Position numbers and translations under genes: made by a program
The notes under the pieces: model-generated
Told to the model about the DNA's origin: nothing
The model's input: the letters and a program-made list of their open reading frames with translations, nothing else
The model's database searches: none
Shown here: piece after piece, positions 38,558-48,770 of the stretch
Layout of the letters: every line of letters starts with the position of its first letter
How positions within the stretch are numbered: position 1 is the stretch's first letter
Origin: Alphaproteobacteria bacterium
GTDB taxonomy: Bacteria; Pseudomonadota; Alphaproteobacteria; GCA-2731375
Length of the DNA: 64,000 bases
Direction of reading: 5' to 3'
Assembly: GCA_965232515.1 (NCBI GenBank)
Contig: CBDDPY010000002.1
Location: forward strand, 6,880,001 to 6,944,000

Positions 38558-39505
38558 TCATGACGACTGGAGCTTGGAGTCGATCGCCGGCGTTTTCGCG
38601 TGCTTGCCGTCGGGCGTGAGCGAATGGGCGAAATGATCGACAACAAAATCGTGGAACGTAAGCGCCGCGTTCGAGAGGCTCTCCCTGTCAGCGATCAAGC
38701 CGAGGGAAACCGGTATCGCTGGCATGAACGGCCGATACTCCAGCAGCGGATTGCGCCACAGATGCGGTGAAAAAGGGCTAACGATCGAGAGGCCAAGGCC
38801 GGCGGCAACCAGATTGCACACGGCTTCGTGGGTCGTAGCCTCGATCATCATAACGCGGCTGACGTTTCGTTGCCCGAATAGCGTATCGATTTCAAAACGA
38901 AATGGCGTGCCGCGCGGAAAGCTGATGAAGGAATGGCCGGCAAGGTCGTCGGCACGAACAACGTCCCGGCTTTCAAGTTCGTGCCCCGCGGGAAACACAC
39001 ACAGAACCGGGCGACGGATCAGCTCCTGGACCGATACCGATGCGTTGGCGACCGGCAATGTCGCGAAACCGATGTCACTGCGCCGCGAGGCGACCCATTC
39101 CGCGACGCGATCCTGCGGCAGGCTGTCGAGCCTGACGGCGATGCCGGGATGCTGGAGGCGAAATCGGCCGATTATGTCGGGCAATAATCCGTTGGCGTAA
39201 AGGCCCATTGCCGCAATCGAAACCGATCCGGTGGTGAGGTTCTTGATTGCCTGAACCTGTTGGCCGAGTTCTTCAAGCCCGACAAACAGCCTGTCGACCT
39301 GTTCACACAAATGTCTGGCGTCGTCTGTGGGCTCGATGCCGTTACGCAGGCGACGAAACAGCTTGAAGCCGACGGCCTGCTGAAAATCCAGCATCAACCG
39401 ACTGACGGCTGGCTGGGAAATGCCGAGCAATTCGGCAGCCTTTGTCATGCTGCCAAGTGTGATGACCGCTCTGAACGCCTCAACTTGCCTGATATTGAGC
39501 TGCAT
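38558..39505 (-). CDS. LysR family regulator
   Basis: GSMTKAAELLGISQPAVSR HTH. Confidence 0.93.
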   Translation of the reverse strand: MQLNIRQVEAFRAVITLGSMTKAAELLGISQPAVSRLMLDFQQAVGFKLFRRLRNGIEPTDDARHLCEQVDRLFVGLEELGQQVQAIKNLTTGSVSIAAMGLYANGLLPDIIGRFRLQHPGIAVRLDSLPQDRVAEWVASRRSDIGFATLPVANASVSVQELIRRPVLCVFPAGHELESRDVVRADDLAGHSFISFPRGTPFRFEIDTLFGQRNVSRVMMIEATTHEAVCNLVAAGLGLSIVSPFSPHLWRNPLLEYRPFMPAIPVSLGLIADRESLSNAALTFHDFVVDHFAHSLTPDGKHAKTPAIDSKLQSS

Positions 39506-39632
39506 GTCGGCTCCGACGCGCCGGGAGGATGGATGCGTCCCGTCCGCGTGGCGCGGGCAACGGGACATGAATTTAAGTTATAGCATTTATATTTTTTTCT
39601 GACTAGTTGACGACATAAATATTATATCATAA

Positions 39633-39645
39633 TGTCTGACAAACA
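39633..39645. promoter_or_regulatory. Second copy of the FadR-type operator
   Basis: TGTCTGACAAACA is the reverse complement of 34902-34914; overlaps a TTGACG...CATAAT promoter-like stretch. Confidence 0.55.
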
Positions 39646-39705
39646 AGCTGGACCTTGAAAATTGCGCGACATCGGTACCCTCTTGTCGGCGCGGTCCCAA
39701 CCGCG

Positions 39706-42021
39706 ATGACCATGCAACGCTCGGCTTCGCATTGGGGCGCGTTCCGTGCCGAAGTTGCGGACGGGCAGATCAAAGCCGTCATGCCGTTCGAGCATGATCC
39801 GCGGCCAAGCCCTCTAAATTCGGTCTGGCCGGAGATGGTGACCTCGCCGATGCGGGTGGCCGCTCCCGCGGTGCGCCGCGGTTGGCTCGAGGGCGATGGC
39901 GGCGCCGGGCGCGGCGAGGACGACTTTTTCGAGATTGCATGGGACCGCGCGCTGGATATCGCCGCCGATGAGATTGGGCGTGTCCGGGAAACGTTCGGCA
40001 ATGAGGCGCTTTTCGCTGGTTCATATGGCTGGTCCAGCGCGGGACGTCTGCACCATGCGCGTACTTTGGTGCGCCGCTTCTTCAATTCGATCGGCGGGTT
40101 CACGGATCAGGTAACGAATTATAGCTACGGCGCGGCGATGGCCTTTCTCCCGCGCATTGTCGGCGCGCGAAGCGCGGTCGGCTCTCATCTGACATCGGCG
40201 CGCTCGATCCGCGATCATTGTGATGTGATGCTCGCGTTCGGTGGCCTCCCGGCAAAGAACTGGGAGGTCCAGTCAGGCGGATCGGGCGAACATCGCTATG
40301 GCCTGTTCATGACGGGACTGGCCGGCGGCACGGAACTCTTCAATGTCTCGCCCGTGAAGGCGGACATCGGCAACGACTATCCGAGCCGCTGGATTCCCAT
40401 ACGGCCCAACACCGATACCGCGTTGATGCTAGCGGTGATGCGAGTGCTTGACCGGGAAGGGGCGGTGGATCGGGCGTTCTTGGCGCGCTATTGCGTGGGC
40501 GCTGACATGCTGTGCGACTACCTGGCGGGAAAAACCGATGGGGTGGAAAAAACGCCGCAGTGGGCCAGTCGAATAACAGCCGTTTCGCCCGGGACAATCG
40601 AGGATCTGGCGTTTGGCTTGATCGGTAAGCGGGTTCTGTTGACCGCCAATTGGAGCCTTCAGCGCGCGCGTCATGGCGAGCAACCATATTGGGCGGCGGT
40701 CGCGCTGGCCGCGATGCTCGGTCAGATCGGCCTGCCTGGCGGCGGCTTTGCCTTTGGCTATGGCTCCTCGAACGGTATGGGCAATCCGCGCTTTGACACG
40801 CCGCTCTACAGTTTGCCCGTCGGCGACAATCCGACCGGCTCCGTGATTCCGGTCGCCCGGGTCGCCGATATGCTTCTCACGCCCGGCGGCACGCTTCAGT
40901 TCGATGGACATGCAATCACATATCCCGACATACGCCTTGTCTATTGGGCCGGCGGCAATCCGTTTCATCATCACCAGGATCTGAACCGGCTGCGTGAAGC
41001 TTTCCGCAAGCCGGAAGCTGTCATCGTCAATGAATGTTATTGGACGGCCACAGCTCGGCATGCCGACATCGTTTTCCCCGCTACGACCGCCCTTGAGCGC
41101 AACGATATCGGCGGGGCATCGCGCGATCCGTTCATTCTGGCCATGCACAAGCTGGTGGAGCCGGTAGGTCAGGCGCGTAACGACTATCAGATATTCGCAG
41201 CGCTTGCCGCGCGCCTTGGCGCGCATCAGGCGTTCACCGAAGGGCGGACCGAGGATCAATGGCTGGAGAAGGCGTGGCGGGAGATCTCGGCCCAACTGGC
41301 GGCGCGTGGGATCGTCGCGCCTCAACTGGAGCAATTCTGGGAACGTGGCTATGTCCGCGTTCCCGACCCTGAGGACGATTATGTCATGTTCGCCGATTTC
41401 CGAGCCGATCCGGATCGGCATCGGCTCGGCACGCCCTCCGGCAAGATTGAGCTGTTCAGCCAGCAAGTCGTCGAATTCACCAATGGCGCGCAGCCAGGGC
41501 ACCCAGTCTGGCTGGACCCGGAGGAATGGCTGGGCGCGAAAGCCGCTGATATCCATCCGATCCATTTGCTGACCCCACAGCCGGAACGCCGTTTGCACGC
41601 GCAAATGGACTGGAGCGCCCATAGCCGGTCCGGCAAGCGTCACGGGCGCGAAATTGTCAAAATGCACCGTGACGATGCACGGGCGCGCGGTATTGAAGAT
41701 GGCGACATCGTCCGCCTGTTCAACGACCGCGGAGCATGCCTGGCGGTCGCAGAGCTTGAAACGGCGATGATGCGCGGCGTCGCGCTATTGCCGACCGGAG
41801 CGACCTACGATCCCGAAGGCAATGCCGACCGCAACAGCAATCCAAACGTGCTCACCCGTGACATCGGCACGTCCGAACTCGGCCAAGGGTGCGCGGCGCA
41901 ATCCTGCCTGGTGGAGATTGAGCGGTTCGAGGGCAGTCTTCCCGAACTGCGGATTGAGCGTCCTCCGATAGTGCGTTCGCCGGACGACCTGCCGTACGAA
42001 TTTGCAAGGGCGCGCGCATGA
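39706..42021 (+). CDS. Cytoplasmic molybdopterin S-/N-oxide reductase (BisC-like, DMSO reductase family)
   Basis: SHWGAF, GSYGWSSAGRLH, NYSYGA Ser ligand, GGNPFHHHQD, NPNVLTRD; no Tat signal. Confidence 0.9.
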   Translation: MTMQRSASHWGAFRAEVADGQIKAVMPFEHDPRPSPLNSVWPEMVTSPMRVAAPAVRRGWLEGDGGAGRGEDDFFEIAWDRALDIAADEIGRVRETFGNEALFAGSYGWSSAGRLHHARTLVRRFFNSIGGFTDQVTNYSYGAAMAFLPRIVGARSAVGSHLTSARSIRDHCDVMLAFGGLPAKNWEVQSGGSGEHRYGLFMTGLAGGTELFNVSPVKADIGNDYPSRWIPIRPNTDTALMLAVMRVLDREGAVDRAFLARYCVGADMLCDYLAGKTDGVEKTPQWASRITAVSPGTIEDLAFGLIGKRVLLTANWSLQRARHGEQPYWAAVALAAMLGQIGLPGGGFAFGYGSSNGMGNPRFDTPLYSLPVGDNPTGSVIPVARVADMLLTPGGTLQFDGHAITYPDIRLVYWAGGNPFHHHQDLNRLREAFRKPEAVIVNECYWTATARHADIVFPATTALERNDIGGASRDPFILAMHKLVEPVGQARNDYQIFAALAARLGAHQAFTEGRTEDQWLEKAWREISAQLAARGIVAPQLEQFWERGYVRVPDPEDDYVMFADFRADPDRHRLGTPSGKIELFSQQVVEFTNGAQPGHPVWLDPEEWLGAKAADIHPIHLLTPQPERRLHAQMDWSAHSRSGKRHGREIVKMHRDDARARGIEDGDIVRLFNDRGACLAVAELETAMMRGVALLPTGATYDPEGNADRNSNPNVLTRDIGTSELGQGCAAQSCLVEIERFEGSLPELRIERPPIVRSPDDLPYEFARARA

Positions 42022-42830
42022 GATTCGATCACTTGGTTCTGCTGGTCCGGGATCTGGACAAGGCCGCCGCCGATTTCGAAAAGCTCGGTTTTGTCGTGCT
42101 GGAACGGAACGACGCCAGTCACGGTTCGACCAGGTTCCGCTTCGTCTCGTTCAACGACGGCGCGTACGTCCTGCTGACGGCCTTTTCCAGCGATGCGGCC
42201 ATGGCTGCGCACCGGCTGGGGTCGGCCCTTGCTGCCGGCGAGGGCTGGGCGGACTACTCTTTTCTGGTCGACGATGTGGGCGCGGTTGGCCAGATGCTCA
42301 AGACCGCGGGAATGCCCGTCGCCGGTCCGGTCGAAGTGGCCAACACGGTGGTTGGCGGACACAGATGGGCGCTTGATCTATTGATGACCGGCCGCGGCGC
42401 GGAGGGTGATGTCGCGCTTCCTTTCCTGGTGTCCAATCGCCAAGGCGCCCGACATCGCATTCCGGGACCTTCCGCACACGCCAATGGGGCCAGCGGCATT
42501 GCCGGGGTCAAGGTGGCGAGCACGGAGCCTGCCGGGGTCGTCGACGGATTGCTCGCCATGGGCGGAAGCAGAATGGTCGGAGAGGCGGCCGATCGGCACG
42601 GCGTCCGTGTCGGCGTATCGAACGGCTGGGTGGATGTCGTTGCCGGCGATGCATCGCCTTCGAGGCCCGAAGGCGGCCTCTTCGAGGTGCACCTTTCCTG
42701 CGATCGGCCCGATCTCCCGCCGGAAGGTGAATTGCTCGACGTCAATCTGATGCACGGCGCGGCCGCGCGACTGATTCCCTCAGGTATGGGGTCCGGCATC
42801 GCCGAAAGACGCGGGAGGCCGGTAACATGA
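42018..42830 (+). CDS. VOC/glyoxalase-like protein
   Basis: FDHLVLLVRDLDKA..F.KLGF, LPFL, HANGASGI. Confidence 0.8.
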   Translation: MRFDHLVLLVRDLDKAAADFEKLGFVVLERNDASHGSTRFRFVSFNDGAYVLLTAFSSDAAMAAHRLGSALAAGEGWADYSFLVDDVGAVGQMLKTAGMPVAGPVEVANTVVGGHRWALDLLMTGRGAEGDVALPFLVSNRQGARHRIPGPSAHANGASGIAGVKVASTEPAGVVDGLLAMGGSRMVGEAADRHGVRVGVSNGWVDVVAGDASPSRPEGGLFEVHLSCDRPDLPPEGELLDVNLMHGAAARLIPSGMGSGIAERRGRPVT

Positions 42831-43522
42831 AGGGCACGGATTTGACCGCGAGGGCCGTCTACGAGGCCTGGAAGGAGAAGCCGTCTCTGCCGGCGTTCGG
42901 ATGCGGATCGCGCATATGTCTGCTGAATGTCGATCTGCAGCGTCGCTACACCGACACCGAGACCTTCTCGACCGCCTATGAAGGCGACAGCGACCAGTTT
43001 CGGCTTATCAACGCGATTGCCCGGGCCGTGCGCGACCTGGCCATGCCCGTGGTCTGGACCTATGTGGCCTATTTGCCGGATGGCAGGGATTGTGGCCGCT
43101 GGGGCACCCGAAGCAATGCGCCGATGGCGCTTCAAAACGTTGGCCATCAATCCCCGCAGGCCGAGATCGATGCCCGCCTTGAGGTCGAGCGCGATCACGA
43201 TCTCATGCTGCACAAACGCATGGCGTCGGCGTTTTTCGAGACGCACCTGCCCTCTTATCTCGTCTTCAGCCGCATCGATACGGTGATCGTGACGGGTGGC
43301 GCCACATCGGGATGCGTACGGGCGACCATAGTTGACGCGATGTCACATGGTTATCGCGTGATCGTGCCGGAAGAATGCGTGGCCGATCGCGAAGAGAGCC
43401 CGCACTACGCGGCGCTTTACGACATCGCCGTCAAATATGGCGACGTGCTGCCGGCCGGCAAAGTTCTCGACATTCTCACCTCCATGAAAGTCAGCGAACC
43501 GAAAGCAGCCAATGCTCAATGA
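42827..43522 (+). CDS. Isochorismatase-family cysteine hydrolase (N-carbamoyl/maleamate amidase-like)
   Basis: D-K-C triad: VDLQ, HKRMASAFF, ATSGCVRAT. Confidence 0.9.
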   Translation: MKGTDLTARAVYEAWKEKPSLPAFGCGSRICLLNVDLQRRYTDTETFSTAYEGDSDQFRLINAIARAVRDLAMPVVWTYVAYLPDGRDCGRWGTRSNAPMALQNVGHQSPQAEIDARLEVERDHDLMLHKRMASAFFETHLPSYLVFSRIDTVIVTGGATSGCVRATIVDAMSHGYRVIVPEECVADREESPHYAALYDIAVKYGDVLPAGKVLDILTSMKVSEPKAANAQ

Positions 43523-44447
43523 ACCGTTCAGCTACGACTATGCGCCCTATCACCACCGTCCAAAGATCGTGTGGCCGAACGGTGCTCGCATCGCGTTGTG
43601 GGTTGCGCCCAATATCGAGTTCTACGAATACGCACCGCCCGAGAACTCCGCCCGCTCGGTCTGGTATCGCCCCGAGCCCGACATCATCAACTACTCCATG
43701 CGCGATTACGGCAACCGGGTCGGCTTTCACCGCATGGCCGACGTGATAGCGCGCCATGGGATACGCGCCAGCGTTTCGTTGAATGTCGCGGTATGCGACC
43801 ACTTTCCAGACATCATCGAGCGCTGCTGCCAACTGGGCTGGGAGCTGTTCAGCCACGGCATCTACAACACGCGATACTTCTACAATATGAGCGAGGATCA
43901 GCAGCGCGAGGTCATTCGCGACAGTCGCGAGACGATCAAGCGCCATAGCGGCCAGGACCTTGACGGCTGGCTTTCGCCTGCGATTTCAAACGGCGAGACC
44001 ACGCAGGACATCCTGGCCGAGGAGGGCATCAAATACACGCTTGATCTTTTTCACGACGATCAACCCATGCCGGTCAAGGTGCGGTCCGGTAAACGGCTGG
44101 TCAGCGTGCCCTACATGATGGAGGTCAACGATGTGCCGGTCCTGTCTTTCAAGCACACGTCGCCGGCGGCCTATCTCAACATCATCAAGGCGCATTTCGA
44201 CCAACTCTACGAGGAAGGCGCGGAGAGCGGCACCGTCATGTGCGTTCCGTTGCACCCCTATCTGATCGGCCAGCCGCACCGCATCGGCCTGCTTGAAGAG
44301 GCGCTCGACTACATCAAAAGCCATGACGGCGTATGGTTTGCGACCGCGCGCGAAATCGCCGCCTGGTATGAGCGGCATTGTTACGACGCGTTTGTTGAGT
44401 GGATGGAGCCGTTCAATCGCGCGGCCGCCGAAAGGCCGCCCGCATGA
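43512..44447 (+). CDS. Polysaccharide deacetylase-fold hydrolase (PuuE-like), paralog 1
   Basis: WPNGARIAL, RDYGNRVG, SHG, LHPYLIGQP. Confidence 0.88.
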   Translation: MLNEPFSYDYAPYHHRPKIVWPNGARIALWVAPNIEFYEYAPPENSARSVWYRPEPDIINYSMRDYGNRVGFHRMADVIARHGIRASVSLNVAVCDHFPDIIERCCQLGWELFSHGIYNTRYFYNMSEDQQREVIRDSRETIKRHSGQDLDGWLSPAISNGETTQDILAEEGIKYTLDLFHDDQPMPVKVRSGKRLVSVPYMMEVNDVPVLSFKHTSPAAYLNIIKAHFDQLYEEGAESGTVMCVPLHPYLIGQPHRIGLLEEALDYIKSHDGVWFATAREIAAWYERHCYDAFVEWMEPFNRAAAERPPA

Positions 44448-45391
44448 GCGTTCCCGCCGACTATCTCATCTATCCAAAGCGGCGTCCGGGCCCCGATCAC
44501 GATCGCTATGCACATCGCTATCTGGCGACGGCGCCCACCGTCGCTTGGCCGGACGGCAAGCGCTTGCTGATCTGGATCACCATCCATTGCGAGCATTTTC
44601 CGATGGACATGCCCCGGGAGCCGTTTGTCCCGCTCGGCGGCATGGACCGCTTCTATCCGAGCGTTTGGGACTATTCGACGCGCGACTACGGCAACCGGGT
44701 GGGGATCTTCCGGCTGATGCGTGTGCTCGACCGGCATGGTCTCCGCGCAACTGTGGCAATGAACAGCAAAGTTGCGGAGCGCTACCCCTATCTGCTTGAC
44801 GAGATGCTCAAACGCGACTGGGAGATTGCCGCCGGTGGCGTCGATATGAGCAGGCTGCACCACGGCCTGCTATCAGAGGACGAAGAGCGCGCTCAAGTCG
44901 ACGAGGCTTTCACGACGCTGCGGCAGTTGAGCGGCCAGCCGGTCATCGGTTGGCATTCGCCCGCGCATTCCCAGTCCTCGCACACACCCGAACTCGTCGC
45001 CAATGCCGGCGCCCGGTATATCGCCGACTGGATCAATGACGACATGCCTTATCGGTTCGACACCGGGAAGGGTGCGTTGCTCCAATTGCCGCTGTCGTAT
45101 GAGCTTTCGGACCGCAAGATCCTCTTTTTGCACAACCAAAGCGTCGACGATTACGCCGCACAGATCACCTCAGCCTTTGGCTGTCTTGATGCCGAAGCGC
45201 GCCAAAGGGGTGGACGGATCCTGTCGCTGTCCGTGTCACCCTGGGTGATCGGCCAGCCCAGTCGCATCAGCGCGTTCGACCGGCTGCTTGAATTGTTTCT
45301 TTCCCGTGACGGCGTCGCCGGCGCAACCGGCGCGGCGATCTGTGCCGCCTGGGAAAGCCGCGACGGACAGGCCGGCGCGGAGGGCCGGTGA
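44444..45391 (+). CDS. Polysaccharide deacetylase-fold hydrolase (PuuE-like), paralog 2
   Basis: WPDGKRL, RDYGNRVG, DWINDDMPY; His sites substituted relative to paralog 1. Confidence 0.85.
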   Translation: MSVPADYLIYPKRRPGPDHDRYAHRYLATAPTVAWPDGKRLLIWITIHCEHFPMDMPREPFVPLGGMDRFYPSVWDYSTRDYGNRVGIFRLMRVLDRHGLRATVAMNSKVAERYPYLLDEMLKRDWEIAAGGVDMSRLHHGLLSEDEERAQVDEAFTTLRQLSGQPVIGWHSPAHSQSSHTPELVANAGARYIADWINDDMPYRFDTGKGALLQLPLSYELSDRKILFLHNQSVDDYAAQITSAFGCLDAEARQRGGRILSLSVSPWVIGQPSRISAFDRLLELFLSRDGVAGATGAAICAAWESRDGQAGAEGR

Positions 45392-45416
45392 TGGAATCTC
45401 GACAGGAGAGGGTAGG

Positions 45417-46790
45417 GTGAGCGTATCCGCAAGCTGCGCGTTCGGCACCAGCCTGATCGGCTCCCGGGCGCATGGTGCAGAGGCGCGTCCGGAACGATTG
45501 ACCGCGTGCAAGGCGGTGCAGGCGATCAAGGACGGGCAGCTAACGGCTGAGACGCTGGCAAAGGCATGTCTCGACAGGATCGAGCGGCGAGACCCCGAGA
45601 TACGCGCCTGGACCCATGTAGACCGCGACCTCGTCCTTGGCCAGGCGCGCGCGCGAGACGCGCAGGCAGAACGCGGCCCGCTACATGGCGTGCCGATCGG
45701 CGTCAAGGACGTGATCTTCACGCGGGACATGCCCACGACCTATAACTCGCCGCATTTCGACGGCTTCTTTCCAAAGCTCGACGCGGCGAGCGTCTCTGTC
45801 CTGCGCGCCGCCGGCGCGATCATCATCGGCAAAAACGATACGGTTGAATTCGCCGTCAACGGTCGCCGCGCCCAGACCCGCAATCCGCATGACACAAATC
45901 GTACGCCGGGCGGGTCGTCGAGTGGTTCGGCCGCGGCGGTCGCCGACTTTCATGTGCCGCTTGCCATCGGCACCCAGACCGGTGGTTCGGTCATCCGTCC
46001 GGCATCCTATTGCGGTGTCTATGCCATGAAGCCGACATGGAACGCCGTTCCCCATGAAGGCTTCAAGGTCTGCGCGGCGAGCATGGACACGTTGGGCTGG
46101 TATGGTCGCTCCGTCGACGATCTCGAATTGCTTTGCGATGTCTTCGAACTGCACGATGACGAATGTCCGTCTCTCGACACGCTCGACGGCGCCTCGATCG
46201 CCGTCTGCCACTCGCCGGTTTGGGATCAGGCGCTTCCCGAGACCCGAGGCGCACTGACGCGATGCGTTGAGTTGCTGCGCGCGGCGGGCGCCAGGATTTT
46301 CGATCTGGAGCTCGACGAGCGGTTCGATCGGTTGGCCGCTGCCCACAAGACGATCATGCAAAGCGAGATGCGCAGCGCTTTTCTCGCCGAGAAGGCGCGC
46401 TTCGGCGACAGGCTTTATCCGGAATTGCAGCAGATCTTGCGCAACGACGCGGGCCTCACTCGTGCCGTTCAGCTGCGGGCGTATGATCTCGTCGCTCAAT
46501 GTCGAGCCCGCTTCGACGCACTGGCATCGCGCTTTGCGGCCGTCCTCACGCCGAGTACAGCCGGCGTCGCCCCGCAAGGGCTCGACGATACCGGAGCCGC
46601 GACGTTCAATCGGATTTGGACGCTGCTTCATACGCCTTGCATCAATCTGCCCGGCTTCGTTGGCCCAAGCAAATTGCCGGTAGGGTTGACGCTGACCGGG
46701 CCGCGCTTCTCGGATCGTGGCCTTGTCGCCACCGCCAAACTGGTGGCCGGTCTGATGCCGCGACAAAGGGAGATAGCGGGGCCGCCATGA
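45417..46790 (+). CDS. Amidase signature family enzyme
   Basis: GVPIGVKD, PGGSSSGSAAAVA, GTQTGGS; GTG start after AGGAG chosen. Confidence 0.92.
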   Translation: MSVSASCAFGTSLIGSRAHGAEARPERLTACKAVQAIKDGQLTAETLAKACLDRIERRDPEIRAWTHVDRDLVLGQARARDAQAERGPLHGVPIGVKDVIFTRDMPTTYNSPHFDGFFPKLDAASVSVLRAAGAIIIGKNDTVEFAVNGRRAQTRNPHDTNRTPGGSSSGSAAAVADFHVPLAIGTQTGGSVIRPASYCGVYAMKPTWNAVPHEGFKVCAASMDTLGWYGRSVDDLELLCDVFELHDDECPSLDTLDGASIAVCHSPVWDQALPETRGALTRCVELLRAAGARIFDLELDERFDRLAAAHKTIMQSEMRSAFLAEKARFGDRLYPELQQILRNDAGLTRAVQLRAYDLVAQCRARFDALASRFAAVLTPSTAGVAPQGLDDTGAATFNRIWTLLHTPCINLPGFVGPSKLPVGLTLTGPRFSDRGLVATAKLVAGLMPRQREIAGPP

Positions 46791-47141
46791 TCGGGAAACA
46801 TCGCAAGCGCTTCGGTCCCCGTGGCGACCGATCTCTGCATATGCCGTCACAGCGATCCGTTTTTACCGGACAGAGATATCACGGAGATCAGGATGCGGTT
46901 TCGTTGAGAGATCTGCAAATCCACCAAAACCGCCAGTTACGCCGTGAGATCGGAGTCCGATGCCGGGCAGGGTTCCTGTCGGACGCGAAGAGTGCTGGTG
47001 AGTCACGTCCTCGCTCGGCACCTGGGGCTGGCACGTAAACCGGGCACCGTCGACTTGGCACCCCTCCGAGCTCCGCTCGATGGAGGGGCTCGGTCGTGAA
47101 CAACAGATGGTTGGGAAACAACCCTTAACGGAGGCAGAACA

Positions 47142-48770
47142 ATGAGCAAATCTCGTTTTCGATTGAACCGCAGGACGATGATCAAGGGCATGACGGCAGG
47201 CGCGGCCATGCCGTTTGTTCTGTCGCCGTCGAGCCATGCGCTTGGCAGCAGCGCCAAACATGGCGGTACGCTGACCACCGTGGCCTGGCCGGGCACGACC
47301 TATATGAACTCGGCGATCACGACCTCGGGACCCGAGGCATTCCTGTCGCCGAAGATGTTCGACGGCCTGCTCGGCTACGATTTCGGGATGAAGGGCAAGC
47401 CCGCTCTGGCGACGGACTGGAGCATCTCCGAGGACGGATTGCGTGTCACCTTCAATCTGCGACCCAACGTCAAATGGCATGACGGGCATCCGTTCACCTC
47501 GCGTGATGTGGCATTCACGTTCATGGAGGTCATCAAGGTGCACCATGGGCGCGGGCGTACGCTGTTCGCCGATCTGCTCGAGGTGGAGACGCCCGATGAC
47601 CTGACGGCGATCTTTGTGTTGAGGCGGCCGGCGCCGGCCATGATGAAGGCGCTCGACGGGCGTGAATCGCCGATCTTGCCGAGTCATCTCTATGCGGGCA
47701 CCGACATTCGGGAAAATCCGCACAATATCGATCCGGTCGGCACCGGTGCATTCAAGCTTGTCAGCCACGAGCGCGGCGTCAGTGTCGTCATGGAGCGCAA
47801 TCCGGACTATTGGGACGGCGATCTGCCCTATCTCGACCGTATCATCGTCCAATACATCTCCGATCCGTCGACGCGCACCGCCATGCTGGAAGCGGAACAG
47901 GCCGACGTCGTCTTCCTTAACTTCCTTCCGGCGCTTGACACGCTGCGTCTCGCCGAGAAGCCCGAATTCTCGATCGACCTGAAGGGCTATGAAACGTCGG
48001 TCAGCCAGCAGCAGATGGACTTCAATCTCGAGCATCCGATCCTCAAGGACGCGCGCGTGCGCCACGCGATCGCACACGCCATCGATCGGGCCTGGATCGT
48101 CAAGAACGTCTGGCATGGTTTCGGAGAGCCGGGCGCCACGCCGCTGCATCACGAACAAGTGTCGTTCTACAATACCGATGGTGTTCCGGACTATGAATTC
48201 AATCCGAGCAGGTCGGAAGCTTTGCTCGACGAGGCGGGATATCCGCGCGGCTCCAACGGCAGGCGTTTCGAATTGACGATCGACCCGACGCCCTATGGCA
48301 ACGAGTCGGTGATTGCCGCCGAGTATATGCGCGAGCAAATGCGCCAGATCGGGATCGATCTGAAGATCCGCACCCAGGACTTTGCCGTGTTCATCAAGCG
48401 GGTCTGGACCGATCGTGATTTCGATCTGTCCCTATATACGGCCGCCATGGGAGCCGATCCGACGATCGGTGTTCAGCGCTTCTACTGGTCGAAGAACTTC
48501 AAGCCGGGTGTGGCGTTCTCCAACGGTTCGAGCTATTCGAATCCGGAAGTCGACGCGTTGCTGGAGGCCTCGCAGGTCGAACTCGATCTGGCCACCCGCC
48601 AGCAGCAGTTCCATGAGTTCCAGAAGATCGCCATGACGGAGCTGCCGACGCTGCCCATCGTCTCGACAACCCGCGCCACGATCGCGCATCGCAAGGTCAA
48701 GGACCACACGGTCGATGCACTGGGTTCGCTGGGGAACCTCGCCCATTGCTGGATCGATGAGAGCGCGTGA
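47142..48770 (+). CDS. Peptide/nickel-type ABC substrate-binding protein (family 5), Tat-exported
   Basis: NRRTMIK Tat motif, VKWHDG.PFTS.DV, GTGAF. Confidence 0.93.
   Translation: MSKSRFRLNRRTMIKGMTAGAAMPFVLSPSSHALGSSAKHGGTLTTVAWPGTTYMNSAITTSGPEAFLSPKMFDGLLGYDFGMKGKPALATDWSISEDGLRVTFNLRPNVKWHDGHPFTSRDVAFTFMEVIKVHHGRGRTLFADLLEVETPDDLTAIFVLRRPAPAMMKALDGRESPILPSHLYAGTDIRENPHNIDPVGTGAFKLVSHERGVSVVMERNPDYWDGDLPYLDRIIVQYISDPSTRTAMLEAEQADVVFLNFLPALDTLRLAEKPEFSIDLKGYETSVSQQQMDFNLEHPILKDARVRHAIAHAIDRAWIVKNVWHGFGEPGATPLHHEQVSFYNTDGVPDYEFNPSRSEALLDEAGYPRGSNGRRFELTIDPTPYGNESVIAAEYMREQMRQIGIDLKIRTQDFAVFIKRVWTDRDFDLSLYTAAMGADPTIGVQRFYWSKNFKPGVAFSNGSSYSNPEVDALLEASQVELDLATRQQQFHEFQKIAMTELPTLPIVSTTRATIAHRKVKDHTVDALGSLGNLAHCWIDESA

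Noticed and set aside
46790-47141. Riboswitch or sRNA in the 350-nt gap before the SBP gene
   Set aside because: No recognisable aptamer consensus; an Rfam search would be needed.
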